The notes beneath the pieces are model-generated. The model was not told the origin of the DNA. It saw nothing but the letters and a program-made list of their open reading frames with translations, and made no database searches. A stretch of 64,000 bases of DNA, taken from NCBI RefSeq assembly GCF_964204645.1, contig NC_134028.1, forward strand, positions 3,100,001 through 3,164,000. Reading direction: 5' to 3'. Positions 40,901 to 55,900 of the stretch are shown in pieces (the stretch's first letter is position 1; every line of letters starts with the position of its first letter). The position numbers and the translations under genes are program-made. Origin of the DNA: Tubulanus polymorphus. Lineage: Eukaryota > Animalia > Nemertea.

Positions 40901-43900
40901 TATCGTGGAAATAACAAAATTAATCCTAAAGATAAAAGCTATAATTACGGAAACGTTTTTGGCCAAATGTTTAACGCGGGTCGTTGCCCGCATGACATGG
41001 ACCAGATTTTGCCCTATCAAAACATTTTTGCCAAATTTTGTTCAAATCATTCTTGTGAATGTTAACTGGTTCATTTTATGAAAGAATTTTTAGTAACGAG
41101 TTACATGTGAACGCACCCTTTAATTAAGCGCAAACTTAATTTGACTCGGTCTGGTATGGGCCAGTTTGACCAGGGCCAAATCATCATATAAGTGTCACCT
41201 TATATACTTCTGAAACATATTCATAATATGAATAAAAGTTTCTAATTCATCTCAAGTGAATTGATTAAACTATAACTGTTATCTTCACGTGGGGTCGGTG
41301 GTTGGTTTGATCTAGCGACAATGATCGAAAAGTTTCATCAAACAATTAACAGATGTTCGTTTGGCCAATTATCGTTACAGCTCGAAACCTGAACAACTAA
41401 CGAGTAAACATCGCACTCATTCATAACTGTAACCACAAACAGCCCGACCCTGTCTCTCTCTCTCCAGCCGGGCGTATACATGTGTGGAATACGGCCATAT
41501 GAGACCCGTATTGACAGAGGAACTAAACTACGGAAATATAGGCAAATATAAGTAAATGCGCAGTGGCGGTAGCCTCACTCAGAACAGATGGCAAATATTT
41601 GCTCAGGAAAATTCGCACAAGAACCGCGCAGTTCGTACTCGGGTCTAAACCGTGACCTGTAATAGCAGTGATTTCTGTTATATTAATTAAATAATCCATA
41701 TTCGTTTTCTGCAATAATCTGACGAGTCCGATTAAAGGACCCGCAGTACGCGATTCTATACTCAAAATAGACCAACTTGAAATTTCAGAATTTAGACGCC
41801 TACTCTGTTTCTACTGCTGCCCAAAATGAATACTATTGCGATCATCGCGTCTTATATTGCGTAGGTTGATAAATCATCTTAAATGGGCCTGAGCTAAAAC
41901 GATATATATCGCCTGGACTTTCCCATAGAAACTGAAAACCTTAATAACGCGTAAATAAAGAGAATCCACAAAACTGAATGAACGCTAACGCCAGAGTTTG
42001 CTAAATTCAAACTGACAGAAAGTGTGTACACATTGACAGTGACAATTCATTTGAAAGAATCAACCATCAATGTGTTGACAAGTACCTTTACGATGACATG
42101 ATGGGCTAAATCATATTGGAATACTGCGCTGAAGAACTGTTACCTCCATATTGGACAAAATACGCACTTTAGATATTAGTTCGTCGTAGGCGTCTGGTTT
42201 TAGAGAGGCATTGTTTAACTGTTTGGCGACAGACTTATAATAAAAACAAGTCTATTAAGTGAGGTTAAACTAGGAGAGATGAAGGATCGATCGACCAAAC
42301 CATGGATGTATAAACTTTATAACCTTCCCTGATCAAACTCAACATATTCATAATAGTTTAATAAGGTCTGTTCTAAAATTTTGAAAGCTCGGCCTAAATT
42401 GACCCGTATCGACAAGTTTCTTCGCTACTGTGAATGTCTGGTCCATTCAAATTGGACAGGGCTAAATTCAGAATGTTCAAAATCGGTGGGTATTGATTGA
42501 TCATTGAGGTTGGGTTTACATCTGCTCGTTGAGACTAAAAACACCTGCAATTCAATGATTCGATGAAAATATTAGGTTCTGTTTGAACAAGTGAATTGTG
42601 TTCATCGGGACAGCTGATAATCTGTATACAATATCACCTAATACGCTATCCAGTATCCAACAGTCAAACTGTGAAAACAAAAATAACCATATACATCATC
42701 TACACGTGGCTAACCTTCAGTATGCTAATCATTTTCGAGTTCTTGCTCATCAAAAGCACACTCGTCTGAAATATCGTCTGACAAGGTCAAAACTCAGACA
42801 ACGCTTTGTAGCGACACTCTTATGTTTCAGTTGTTTGTGATGATGTGACAGTGGGTTGAGATCGTATCAAAAATGTACGGCCGAAAACCTAGTCGCGATT
42901 GCCGATGATGAGGACTTCGGCTTGTCAGATTAGTGCTAGCCAAGAATATCTGTATCTGTCGGTATCGCAGATTTTCTGGCAGAATCCTAACCGTCTTAAA
43001 GAAAAGGACGAAAATCCTATAATATGCAGATTACTTACACCGCATGCCAGCTCAAATTATACACAGCATGGCCCGGTATATGGATACAGGGTAGCTTATC
43101 AGCTTTGATACCGCGAATCAGTTTGTCAGATGAATAATATCAGCGTTGTTGAATTCGCAGCAACACGGAGAAAATACAAAAATCGAGCAGGGATTTTAGA
43201 TATATCGAAAAATATACAAAGGATAAATGAAAATTGAGTGACCAAGACAGATCAGTAATATAGAAACTAATATCTCGTAAGATAATGTAAAATAAATTGA
43301 GGCAAATATACGAGCTATGGTTATATATAAATCAACGGCAAGTTTATTACATGTTTGATGCGCTTTGGGATCGTAGTTCGACGTCTTCATTCAAAACTTC
43401 CCGAGAACTTCATATTTACACAACCACAGCACATTCTGATAGATTCGTTTCTTGACCACGAGAGGGCCATCAATTCGAGAGGGCCATCAATTCTACGCCA
43501 ACTTCACAGTGTTTATGTGTGTAATCTGGACCGCGAATGAAAACGGCTGAATATAACTGCTCCCAGCTGATCGATGAAAATAAAAAAAAAACCTCTTGAT
43601 TAATGCAGAAATCTGTATCCACGCCGCAGAAAAAAAATGAACATGTGATTCTGGTTAAGATGTTCTTTCGTTCAGCTAGTACAATGAGAGTAGCAAATGT
43701 GGTCGATGATTTCCTTCGATGTATATTGATGGAAATTGCCAAATTTGAGGCCAGTTAAAACTTGATCTGTAACTGAAGCATTGAAGCCGCCACAAAGATC
43801 GATTCCCGTGAAAATTGGCCGGCAAAAACATCCCAAAAATTCATTAGTGACTTAACGCGTTGAGAAAAATGTGGCATTTAAATCATTTTACCATTTTGCG

Positions 43901-46900
43901 TTGTCTCGAAGGAATCAAACTCGTGATCCCGAAAATACCATCTTAGCCAATTACGCGGAAACACTTGAACATTTTTCGACAAACGAATTTTGTTGCCGAG
44001 CAACACGTCATAATCATCATCCATTATTGCAACGGGACAACAATGCGAGCGTGCTCTCGGCGAGCTGCAACTCGGCGCTCGCGGAATCAGACGCATACCT
44101 GACTTAAAAGAGCCCGTATAAATCTCCATCACTAGAATGAGCGGGTTTAATCAAATCAAAAGCTAATCAAGAGAAAGCTAACTGCCTCTCTGCAGGCAAA
44201 CTGTAAGAAATCTCAATGTCCTCAGACAATTGAGGTTGAAACAAATATCTAATTCAATTTCGATTATCGCGGATGGCAGGCTGTAGATTCCAGACAGAAA
44301 TTAACTCGCAGTAATGTGGACCTGGATTCTGTTTTAAGCCTGTTAACTTCGTGGGGTTCATTTTTACCGTTAGATTTGAATACGGAACCAAATACAATTA
44401 ACTCATTTCACTTTCATCCATTCAAACAGTTCGAAAAGTCATGAAAACTAGCCTGAATTTGACAATCGCGCTTCTACAATGTTTGCAAAGCTTCGATAAT
44501 TTGCTATAATTATCTGTCAATGACAGAAGATTAATGGCTGCAAATTATCAATAGTACGAAACGCTAAATTTTCAATTTGACCAATGCTGTGATTTGGTTC
44601 ACACCTCTGTGTATCGACACTGAAGCATTAATCATACATAAATACTAGATAAACATCGACGTAAATGGACAATTTCAGCACAAACACGATTCAAATAAAG
44701 ATTAATGGCTTCAATTCCAAATCATTTCCGACACGTGTATAGTTGGGCCATTCCAATTTGAATATTTATAAACTACGACGTGAAAATCTCTTCCACAGCG
44801 GCTGATTGTTGAAGGCCTACTTTCGAAGGTCTTGTGACTGACACATTTATGGGCATTTTTTATCAGTGAAAAGCCATATTTGAAGGCGTATCAGCAAATA
44901 AGGTATCAGTGGACGGTGAGAGGTATTTTACAGAATTTCCCAGTAGAAAACGTTTCCTAAATGCTATCAATAATGCAAGCGACGTTTATAAGATTCCATA
45001 TGATAAAGCAGTTAACAGTTAAGAGTTCATTTAGAAAAGGGACTAGTACAAGACCCACCAGGAACCTTGGATCGACTGCAGCATCACACGAAAAACTGAC
45101 GATTTTTAAAAGCGATTAAAATAAGATTGACAACTTCTTCATACACGTATAGGGGATTAAAATTCATCATTATACCACCATTGGTGACGGTTTGCGCGCA
45201 TGTGTGAGTGTATGTAAGTGAAAGTATTAACATATGAATATAGAGTTAAAACACACGACCACGCGACGCGACGACACGCTATAGAGCGCGAGAGAGAGAG
45301 AGAGAGGACGATCAGTTGAATACCAGCATTAACGGTGAATGGTCAGACACTCTCTCCTCCTAGCGTCGTCGTTCGTTATCCATTCACACAGCCGCGACGA
45401 CTTCTTCAACGAAATATCAGAAACTAACAACAACAGAGGCAAATATCGTAAACCAGACGTCGGTTTAATTATTAACGCGTTAACTCTGATTGGTCGATTG
45501 AGTCTCACCGATCAGGTGGGTTAACGAGAGACACACACACACTGGTTTATTAACTCTCAGCTCGTTAGGACCGTCGTTACGATCATGTGTATTTCATCGG
45601 TGAAATATCATCGTTCTTATTCGATGTCGCAAAAAAATGATTTAATCATGGATTATTCGATATCGATTTGAATTCGTCGAATGAATAATTCAGGTGAGTA
45701 GGAAACTACAGAACTGTTATCAGGACGACTGATTTCTGTCTACTATTCTAGAAAATGATATATTTATTCCTTTTCATCTTTTTCATCCCGATCAATAATG
45801 GATTGTTTAATTCAGCATCCACTGATTAGTAAGCTTTCGTGGACATTTTCCTAATCAATTCAAAAGGAAACATCAGGGACGGTTGCATTATTGCATTGAA
45901 GGTAGCTTTGAGGAAATTTATAGTAGACTGGACTCATGGGATCGGGGGGGGGGGGGGGGTTGCTGGCAGCGATGCTAATAAGAGTTTGAATGACCAGGGA
46001 TTCGGGATCCTAACTGAATGGACCGACGCTATCGAATACGCTGAAGGCGATACCATCTTACGATAATGTTGTCCCTTTCGGCGTAAAAAAGAAAAACATC
46101 AATGACATTCATCTAAACGATGAAGTTTCAATGGGACGTGGACTCGGGCGATCATAAAACCTGGATAATACTTCTTATATTACACCCATAGGGAATATAG
46201 CTAAAGGCTGTATAAACTTGACAACAAAATTACTTCGGCAAATATCACAATCGGCGGCGACGACGACCGACCGCCGGCGACAAAGACTCATTGCTGCGAT
46301 GTGAAAAATTAGCTGAGAATTGGTTATTCTAGTAGCTTATTTTTCTGTCATAATGCGACTTATATCGTGCGATTGATAGTGATCACCGACATGGAAGTGA
46401 GAAGGTTGTCCAGCTGTCGGCTTTACGAAAAATGACCAGTTAACAATCATCGAGTTGATTACCGGTTGCTCGTAGTTCGAATTACAGTTTGTTTTGTCGC
46501 TGGACCGATCTCGCTGGTCATTTGTTATTCCTTATTGTCGACGCAAACTGAAGACAGGTTTCATCGTCAATGGTCGATTGAGTATGTAGAAAAATGGCTA
46601 AAAAGCGCAAAATTTACGGAAAAAAAGTCCATTCTTTGATCGTAATCGCCGTCGGTCAGGCAGAAAATTCATGTTTTATAAAAATGACCTTTCAATCGAA
46701 TAAAAATCAATCTTAATTTAATCTCGCGTGAAAAAATCCGGGCTCGAAAAAATATGAAAACAAGCTTTGAATATCGCTTTGAATTACGGCTAATTAAATG
46801 CATGTCGCGATTGTTAAGTGGGCATGCCGTTCATTTGAGAATAGGGACGAATTTCACTGAAAAACCCCACAGGAAATTAGCCGGCAATATTGTTTGACAC

Positions 46901-49900
46901 ATTCGCGTACGGCTTCTGCAGGAATGTAATAACAGTCAGCAGAAGCGTGCTATAGGACGGGTTTAAATTATTAATGAGCTAAGCCTGCCGCAGCCAGTGA
47001 GGTTTCATGCAGGTTTTCACATCAAGGACTTGTGTATTGTTCATTGATTCATAGTATATACAGAGAACTTGCACAATCTGATGACAATCGGACAACTGAG
47101 TGACACTGAAAAACTAGTTCTTCACAGTTCAAAAACTTAGCTTAATCATTTATAATTACATACTTCTATATCGGAGTAAAGTTTAAATGTGTAAACCTAT
47201 TTTACCAAATATAGACATTGAGTTAGAAAAGTAGCCTAAGTTCCTAATGATGGCTATATACAGCTTTGGTGGGGGTGAGAAATCTTCTTTTCTTTAAGAG
47301 CTTTAATCTTTAATCTTTATGGACATTTGAAGTCCAACAGGGAACTCAATTCTCAAGAGATTCAATTTCAATTTCGTGATGAATGACGAATTCGATCAGT
47401 TGGGTGTCAAAATTCGCTTCATTATTTACTATTCTTCAAACATGGCTCCAACAATTAGCGTATTTTCTAACGCTTTGTCAGTTTCGCAGTTAGGTGTTCG
47501 AATTCCTATCATTCGGAAGCCGTTACAATGGCTAACTGTATTACAAACACCAAAGCAAGGACCAAACACGCCATCGTCCTACAGGTGAATAATTTGTCAC
47601 GGTATCACACCTAATCCCGCTAATAAACCCTCAATCCGCGGACGATGAATCGGTTTAGGTGAAAACCTAAATTTTCCCACACTTCGTCAATAAACAACGC
47701 ACAATACAATCGAGGCTTAAATGAAGTCAAAATTCTTTTTATCTTTTCATAAACGGTTTTTGTTGAAATTAGAATCCGATTCATTTTTGGTTTTATCGAG
47801 ATACATAAGATTGCGGCGAAGGTGTCTGACAGAATGACAAGCTGTGCGTAATATCTCTAAAAACGACTGATTGGAGCAGATGTAAATTCATAGATTGAGT
47901 ACCATTGATTGATTATTGATTGACTCTTGAGACCCACATATACCACACGTAGGTAGCGTACACCTGCCAAATAATGAATTATGAATCACATGCAACCATG
48001 GACTTCATTTTAGAGTCCATGGTGCAACCAAGGGCATGATAGAGTCATAAAATCTGTCGAACATTTTTGTTTGTCGTTATACGTTGAAAATTCTATGTAG
48101 TTCAAATGAAATGATTTGGCATAAAATATCACCTTCCAGTCTTTTGAAAATGTTTACTCAGATAATCTCGTTCCGATTGTTTCTTCAATCATTCAATAGA
48201 AAATATAACTATTTACAAATGCGATGAAAATTCAGACCCTTTACCAAATAGCCTAATTCACAAGCAACTGAGAAAGCAACTGCTGAAATGCTATTTAAAT
48301 TTGGTAACTATCGTAGTATAGAAAGTTACTACGTAAACAGATCTGGATGAATGAGATGAGGTTAAATGGTGGTCATCAGTCTCGAGTGAGGTCTTTTTCT
48401 ATTTAGAAAATTGAAAGAAACTATTTTGATGGAACATCAGAACTAAATCATAATATTTTGTTAGCATTCAACGATACAGGGAATATTTCCATTGAAAACA
48501 ATTGACATTTTGATGTGTTGGAAAGATACACATCTACACCTCATTAAACCTCCCATTCTCTGGGTCTATCTCGAGAATCAGGTTATCCCTATTTCTAGGC
48601 TAACTAGCCGCAACACTAGCGCGCATTCCATTCTCTTTGATTTGACAATAATTGTGGCAATTGAGAAGATATTTCGGACAATATTTTCACCTATGAAAGG
48701 GAGCATTTAAAATATAAGTCAAGAGAGACTCATATCAACTGTCAGCTATTTTCCGAGCTCTCCTGATATGTACGACAATGAATCCATATTATTGATGATC
48801 CATTATTTCATTATTTACGATTTCTATGTTTTACAGCTGAAATGCGATGATGTTGGTGAAACTGTTCTATCTCGGCGTGCTGATTCCATCAGTCGTGACC
48901 GTCCTGCTGTTCATCGGGTTTCTAATCTGCTGGTTCAAATGTGGCCTTCGCGAGCGGGTAGCTCGAAAATACGCCCGAAAAAATAACGGCATTGGCCGCG
49001 GCGCAGGAGGGCAGACGCAGAGACAAAAATCTACGAGCAGGAACAGCCACGAAATGAAACACATGAACCGCGCATTACCGAGTAAGGATTATTGGAATAA
49101 GGATCGAGTGCCTGCCGTTAGCGTGCCCGGACGCGCTCAAGGCAATGTGGATATTCTTTACGGATTTTACGGCGACAGCAACGCGAATAAAAAATATAAA
49201 CCCGGCGAGTATCCGTTATTGAACCGCGAATCGTGGAGATACATGTCGCAGAAATCCATTCAAACTTTCCGCGAAGATTTACGCAGGGAAAAAGTGCCGC
49301 GACCGCCGCAAACGAACGTTCACACGACGACGACGCCTATTCAACAACATCGGCGGCCGCATTATCAACACGCGAGGGAAAACAGCAGTTCGGCCGATTC
49401 AAATTACAGCGAGCGAAGCACGAAAAAATTAAACGGATCGACTTCGACTCTGGAAGACGCCGATAGTATTAGTACGGTTAGCGGATACCCGGATACTGTG
49501 ATAGACATCGCGAATAACGACGATCCGGTCGGATATTTCAATCGAAACTTCCACGAATCCGACCCGATAAAAAACTGCGCGACGAAGCGCGCGAGTCGCG
49601 AAAGCGAAATCGCGACAAATCAATTCGAGGAATCGCCGGCTTCGCATCGGTCGAGTTATAATAAACAAGATTCCGGAATCGATTCGTCGTCCATAACGAT
49701 CGACCTGTCTCCGTGCCAGTCGCGCAACGACCTGAGACCGGTCAGCGCCGCCGGTCGACAGCACCGGTCGACAAAGTCGCGGCGCGACTCGAATCGCAGC
49801 GACTCCAGCGAACAATACTGCGAATTCGTGCAGACCGATCGAAACGGACGCGAGGACGCGGTCACCAGCGGCGTCGATACGAGCTCAAAAAATACCGACA

Positions 49901-52900
49901 GAGATAAACATTATCTATCGATAATGCCGAATTTAAGAGCGCCGATTGTTAATGTGTGATACAAACCTGTGCGTCCCTTGACTCATATATATATACACGA
50001 ATTCAAATAGGCCTATATGACAGTTAAGTATTTTTGTAGAGTGCCCGCTTTTCACTTTCAACGTCGCGAAGGATCGTTTGAAAATTTCAAGCATTGTTCA
50101 AACATTACCTATTCGGTAATCTTTCCATTGAATTGTTGACTTCGCATCAAGAAATTCTGCTTCATATTTCAAGTACGAATCTTTTTGTTACGAAAAACTC
50201 ATTCGTAGTTTTAGATCTATCTATACGACTGCAGAACTGCTTACACTGCTGATTTTAGGTGGCATTGTGATCAGCACCCGAGCAAAAATAGGATTTTCAC
50301 ACCAAAAAACGTTGTTTGTATTAAGCATTTCTGAAGGCATTTTTGTTTTGTACTTTTTGTAAGAGTTCCGTACTTTAAAAACGACTGATCAATTAAAACA
50401 GAGCCGACATTCTGAAATGTTCGTAATCATTTCATTTATTTATTGCCCCTCATAAACTCAGTCTCATAATCACTATCAGTGGCCAGGGTAATTTTGCTGC
50501 CACCTATTGTTGATATTTTATACTAATTGTATCACTCGCTTGTAAATAGTAAAAATAAACTGTTACCAAAAACTGGAGAATAAAACTCGAATATTTTCTA
50601 TCCTTTAAATAAAAGAACAAATAGTCATTTATTTTCTTTGAATTTCATTTTGAGGCAATCAAATTTTAGGAGGGAACAGGAAATAATTTGATAAGTTCTG
50701 ATTAAAAGATCAGTTTCAAAGAACAGTTTAAGATTTAGACTGAGGGTTAATCCAATTTGCTAGTTACCCTCAGGGGTGTGCTTTATAGACCGGTGTCGAC
50801 CTTAACCCAGGGGTTAACTTAATAATTGAGTTAACAACTCAATTCATTTTCAATTGAATTAATAACTCAATCATCGTTAATTGAGTTAGCCCCCTCCCCA
50901 CGGGTTAGTCGATATCATCAGTTTACAATACAAGCAACATAACGCATCGGTCAAAATACTTCACCATACTCAACAGACGACCAATAGCCCTGTACGGAAA
51001 ATGGGTTTGATAGAAGCCACATCATAACGTTGAACTATATGAACACCAAGTGTAACATTCCCATGATTGAGACTTCCGTTCAACTGCCAATACACGGTAA
51101 CTATACCCCTATATAGACAGATTTCAAGAGTTCTACATCAAATCGAAATGACTAAATCCCATCAAAATGACAGAATATCGGCGAGTTTAAGCGGCTACGA
51201 CGAGGGTATTTATTTTTCAGTAATGGTTCTCATCTTTCGGATTGATGACTACTGTTCATTACTCATACACTATACAAGATATCATTCATTCATAGAATCA
51301 GTCAAGCTACGAACGAATAACCGTGTTGAAACACCTGAAACACCTGATTTCTTACAACGCAACAAGAATAACCAGGCAATTAAAGAACTCAGTGTGAAGT
51401 AAGATTTCGGTCTCCTGAAGTCAGTTTCATTCAATACATTCACAACGTAAGTGTCTGACATGAGGGTTTTACTCAGTTCACCAGCGCCGCCGCTGACTGC
51501 GTGCCAGTGCGGCTACGCTTTCAATAACTAACATTTCCATAAATGATCCCTGGCCGTTCTTTCCTTTCAACCATAGCAACAGGTTGTTCGAGCATCATCG
51601 CGACATTCGAGAAACCTGTCGATATTTCAAACGGCATCACTAGATTCGATTGTAAGAGAACTTTTCGCAAACAAACAGTTTGCTTTTTTTGAGGTCGTGA
51701 TCGTGTCGAAGGATGAACCACGCCAATTATCTCTCGTCTTCGGAGGTGAAGTTATTCTATTAGGACACAGTTTTATAGACGACTTTCAGCGGTAAATACA
51801 ATTATTTGACAGTAGAGATAAAATAGACGAACAGCACAGCCGAGTGGAGCGACTGGTCAAATAACCATTTACGTAAAAAGCATCCGATGAATCGGAAATT
51901 AGATTATGATAAACTCACCATACGAATAATTGATCAACTACAACCGACTTACACTCAGGCTATGTATGAGATGATGAACCAAAAAATCAAAATGGCCTCC
52001 TTGAAATCGAAGAACAAACTACTTTTGGCCTTCAAAACTCGGGGCCTTGTATTTGTAATAAATCTCATATAAGCTCTGATCATACACGCATTTTTGGGCC
52101 GGGCCAAACATTCTCACAGATGCCAAATTTCAGCATGCGTCAGATTTTTCAAACCGGTTCAGGAAGCGACCAACTTCACTTGCCACAGCATTATTTTGAT
52201 AGAATTTTAGTGACGAGTGAGTGATTGACAGGTGAATGTGCTCTCTAATGAGCCACGGGCTGATTCAAACCCGGGCCAAATCATCTGATCGCGGCTGTAC
52301 ACGCAGCTAGCCATCGTGGTTTATACAAAACATGACCAGGAATCTTAGAAAATCCATATGGTACAGAGAGCACTCACTTAGACTCGGTAGGGACTGGAAG
52401 TTTCATTAATGAATGTTATTCATAGCTATGTCAGGACGTGGCACATATTCCATTTGTCGGTAGCAGTCAGAATAACGATAAAAGCGCCCGTAATGGATTA
52501 TCATTGGCCAGATTTTTGTCAACGTGCTCAATAAATATGGATATACTAGAGAACGGATAACACGCATATCTGACAAGAGGATAGATGTATCAGTTCCGTA
52601 ATAAAGCAAATAACACGCAACGTATGCGATTGAAATGGATAGCATACATTACGGACATCACATGGAATTAGAACAACAGGTTTTTACTTATGGGATTTTA
52701 GAGTTTTGACAGTTAATCCAACTATTAGTACAGGGTCCTTACAGATCAGTTATAACTGGGTATAAGGAGTTTTAAATGAGAAAATTTCAGTTTTTATGGA
52801 ATCAAGGAGTAGTAGGGATCCTGACAGTAGTCATCAACTGAAAAAAACATGGGGGGGGGGGGGGCGGGTCGGCAGTTTTATAGACTGGTATTACCTCTAA

Positions 52901-55900
52901 CTGTCCGCCCGGGTTAAAGATAGTACCAGTCAATAAAAACCAGCCACAATGTTTGATCTAAAATTGGTTTAAAAGCCAGCCCATGTCTGAAATATAGTCT
53001 AGAACACTAGATATAATCATCGAAGTCACTGTTAGATGATCCAGAGCCAGACACCCCACACATTCACTTGTGCTGGTCACACAATCTTCGAACCGAAGAT
53101 AATTCCCCGGAGAGAAATGTAGCAATCAACTCGATGCAAAAGACGCAATACTTTTATTCAAATACGTACAGTATTGTCCGATATATAGACAGATACAGTA
53201 ACGTAGTTAAGTCTCAGTAACCTGACCGGAATGTCAACTGAATCTGAGCAACGTTTCACTACGGCCTTCAATTCACTGGAATTATTCGCCCCCAGTCGCA
53301 GCAACCTCCGTGATTTACCAGACAAATCACTATACTTAAACAGTGATAAAACCACTGATCGACTGAAAGTGCTTTCACTGATCTCCGCAGGAATTTATTA
53401 TCCTGGGCCCAGTTTCACAAAAGAGTTTAACTCAAATTTTTGGTGTAATTGCTATTGGTTACTTCATGTTTTCAATGAGGACAACAATTCAAACTTAACC
53501 GTTTTAAGCTTTAACTTTTTCGTGAAACTGGACCCTGGACTTAGTGCGTAAAAGTACAAGAAATTCCGCATCAACGATAGTAGTCTATATTCTATATTCT
53601 GAACGATTTCGTATTTTGATCCTCGCGCTAACTTTCTAAGAAACATGTCGTCCGACGAAAATGTCAGCTTTTACGCAGATGACGACAAACCGCGGATGAA
53701 ATTTGTCGTTCGTTTTTGCCCTATTCAAGATGAGTAGGGTAATTCTCGTACGTAGAAGAATGAAGAACAGTCTCTTTGACTGTCTGCGCAACATATCTAG
53801 ACAAACACCGCAATAATCTAAATGGCATTTTCATGTCCCGAAATCGTGCATTGGAATTGTATTGACCATCGTCGATACATTCAATGTCAAATAAATCACA
53901 AACCGTTGCATCTATCGGCGACATGATTCTATACGAGGTTCTTCGTCGTCGCGAGCGGTAATTTTGATTCCATCGGCGACGCAGAGATGACTGACCGATA
54001 AACCACGACCCGGCTATAGATCAACACTTGCGAGATCTGAACAAACTCGGAAACAGACAGTGACAGAGTTTCGGATCATCGTCGTTTCCGAGAAGAAAAC
54101 ATTTTTAAAGTCGATATCTTAGTTCGAAATCAATGAACAAGACTGAACAGAAATGCCTTTGATTTTTTTAACAGAGTTAATCATCAGTTCCATAGTGGGA
54201 AGGCAAACTTGACTATAGATTTCGCTAATAGAACTAACAGAATAGGGCAATTATTAGGCAGGTCATGATTGGTTTCTACCCATTCGGGAATTCTCTTTAG
54301 GCCCATCCGTTTCGACCAGAACATGCTTTACCTATTCGGGAATTACAATCTGTAAACCTGATAGAAGCGGCCGGTAGAGTTTGTAATCCGGAATTGCACT
54401 ACCTAAACCGGAATACGTTCAATCGAAACCCGCCTGATATGTTCCGATTTTGAAGTTCAATTTCTGACAAGAGGCAAACCACCTGAGTACACTGATCAAG
54501 TTCAAAAACACCGGGGGACTTGAATTTGGCATTCACGTCATGACTGTATAACGATGTACCACCGGTTTATACTGGTAACAAACTGAGGGATAAATCTGTC
54601 AGTTCGATGTAACAGCGTTATATTCACTTATCTCATACGTACATGATCAGTATCACAATACAATACACAATAGACCCTTTTTTATTGGAGAACTCGATGG
54701 CCATTAACTGAGCACAAGATCAGCTACTTTAGTCACTAAATGATTAGTCAGCCATTTATATGCATTAAACTGGCCATAGAAAATGAAGCCTCGATTCACA
54801 GCCTCAGACTGCTCTGTAATGATATGAGTTAATGTTAAACGATCAGATATAAATGAATATATTTTACCCATAACTGAATTTTTTGATGACCAATTATATG
54901 GTCAATGAATAGACTTTGAGGATACTATTTTCTTGTATCTTTAAATACCAGGTTAATGCCTGGTCGAACTTCGTTACTGCAAATATTCTGAATTACTGAC
55001 GCTATTTGTCAACAAGTTGAAAGAAGACCTTCTTCAAACACTGCATTATTTCCTATTGAGGAAAGCGTTCATTTCATGTCTGGTGCGGAAAACTGAGCTG
55101 TTCGGTAAATGGAGGGTTTATCAAGCAAAAATACATAATACTCTTGAATCTCGAAAAGCCCAAAAAAAACCTATTATCCTACGAAGTGTTTACAAGATCT
55201 GGTCGAAGATTATTTGCTTTAAAAACGACAGTTTTGACGGTAAGCTCAGTACAAACATACGAAAAAGTGTCATCGAAAAATAAGCAGGCGATTCCGCACA
55301 GCAGCGAGAGCTTTCGGCTTTTGGCGTGTTTAATGGAATTAGGCTAAATTGATTCGTGGCTGACAAAACTGTAGAATTAATGACACGTAATAACGTGAAA
55401 GCTAACAGCATTGTTGATTAATTGCCAAAATGATTGCTAACTATACTGTTGAAGTGCCCGCGCATTTGTACATTCGCTAGCAGAACAAGTGTCTGTACAC
55501 TCCTAATAATGTGACAACGCATTTTTTGCGGCTATTAACGAATTGTTCAATCCAAAATCTGATTTATTTATGAAGTGCTGTGGCCCTGAAGGTTTATACG
55601 TGCCATATAGGCTTAGACCAACTACGTATAGAAATTCTAGATGTGATGTTTTCTAAAATAAAACATCAGAATTTCAAGATAATTTAACAGTTGACGATAA
55701 AGAAGTCGTTTTTAGCATTCATACAAGCACACACCTGACTGAACGCAGCGAATCAGTTTTTGAATTATCGCTGCCTGCCGGGTGACAGAACAGACTCGTC
55801 GTAGGTGTTCAAATGGCATGACATTTCCTGTATGAGATGTGACTGAAATTTTTACTCGAGATTGAAGTTACGACCAAGACGACCGATACCTAGCACACAG

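Noticed and set aside
48867-49907. Overlapping alternative-frame and antisense ORFs
   Set aside because: By-products of the high GC content of the 48847-49959 CDS. The same applies to 59634-59885 over the GPCR and 9647-9913 over ABCA exon 2.
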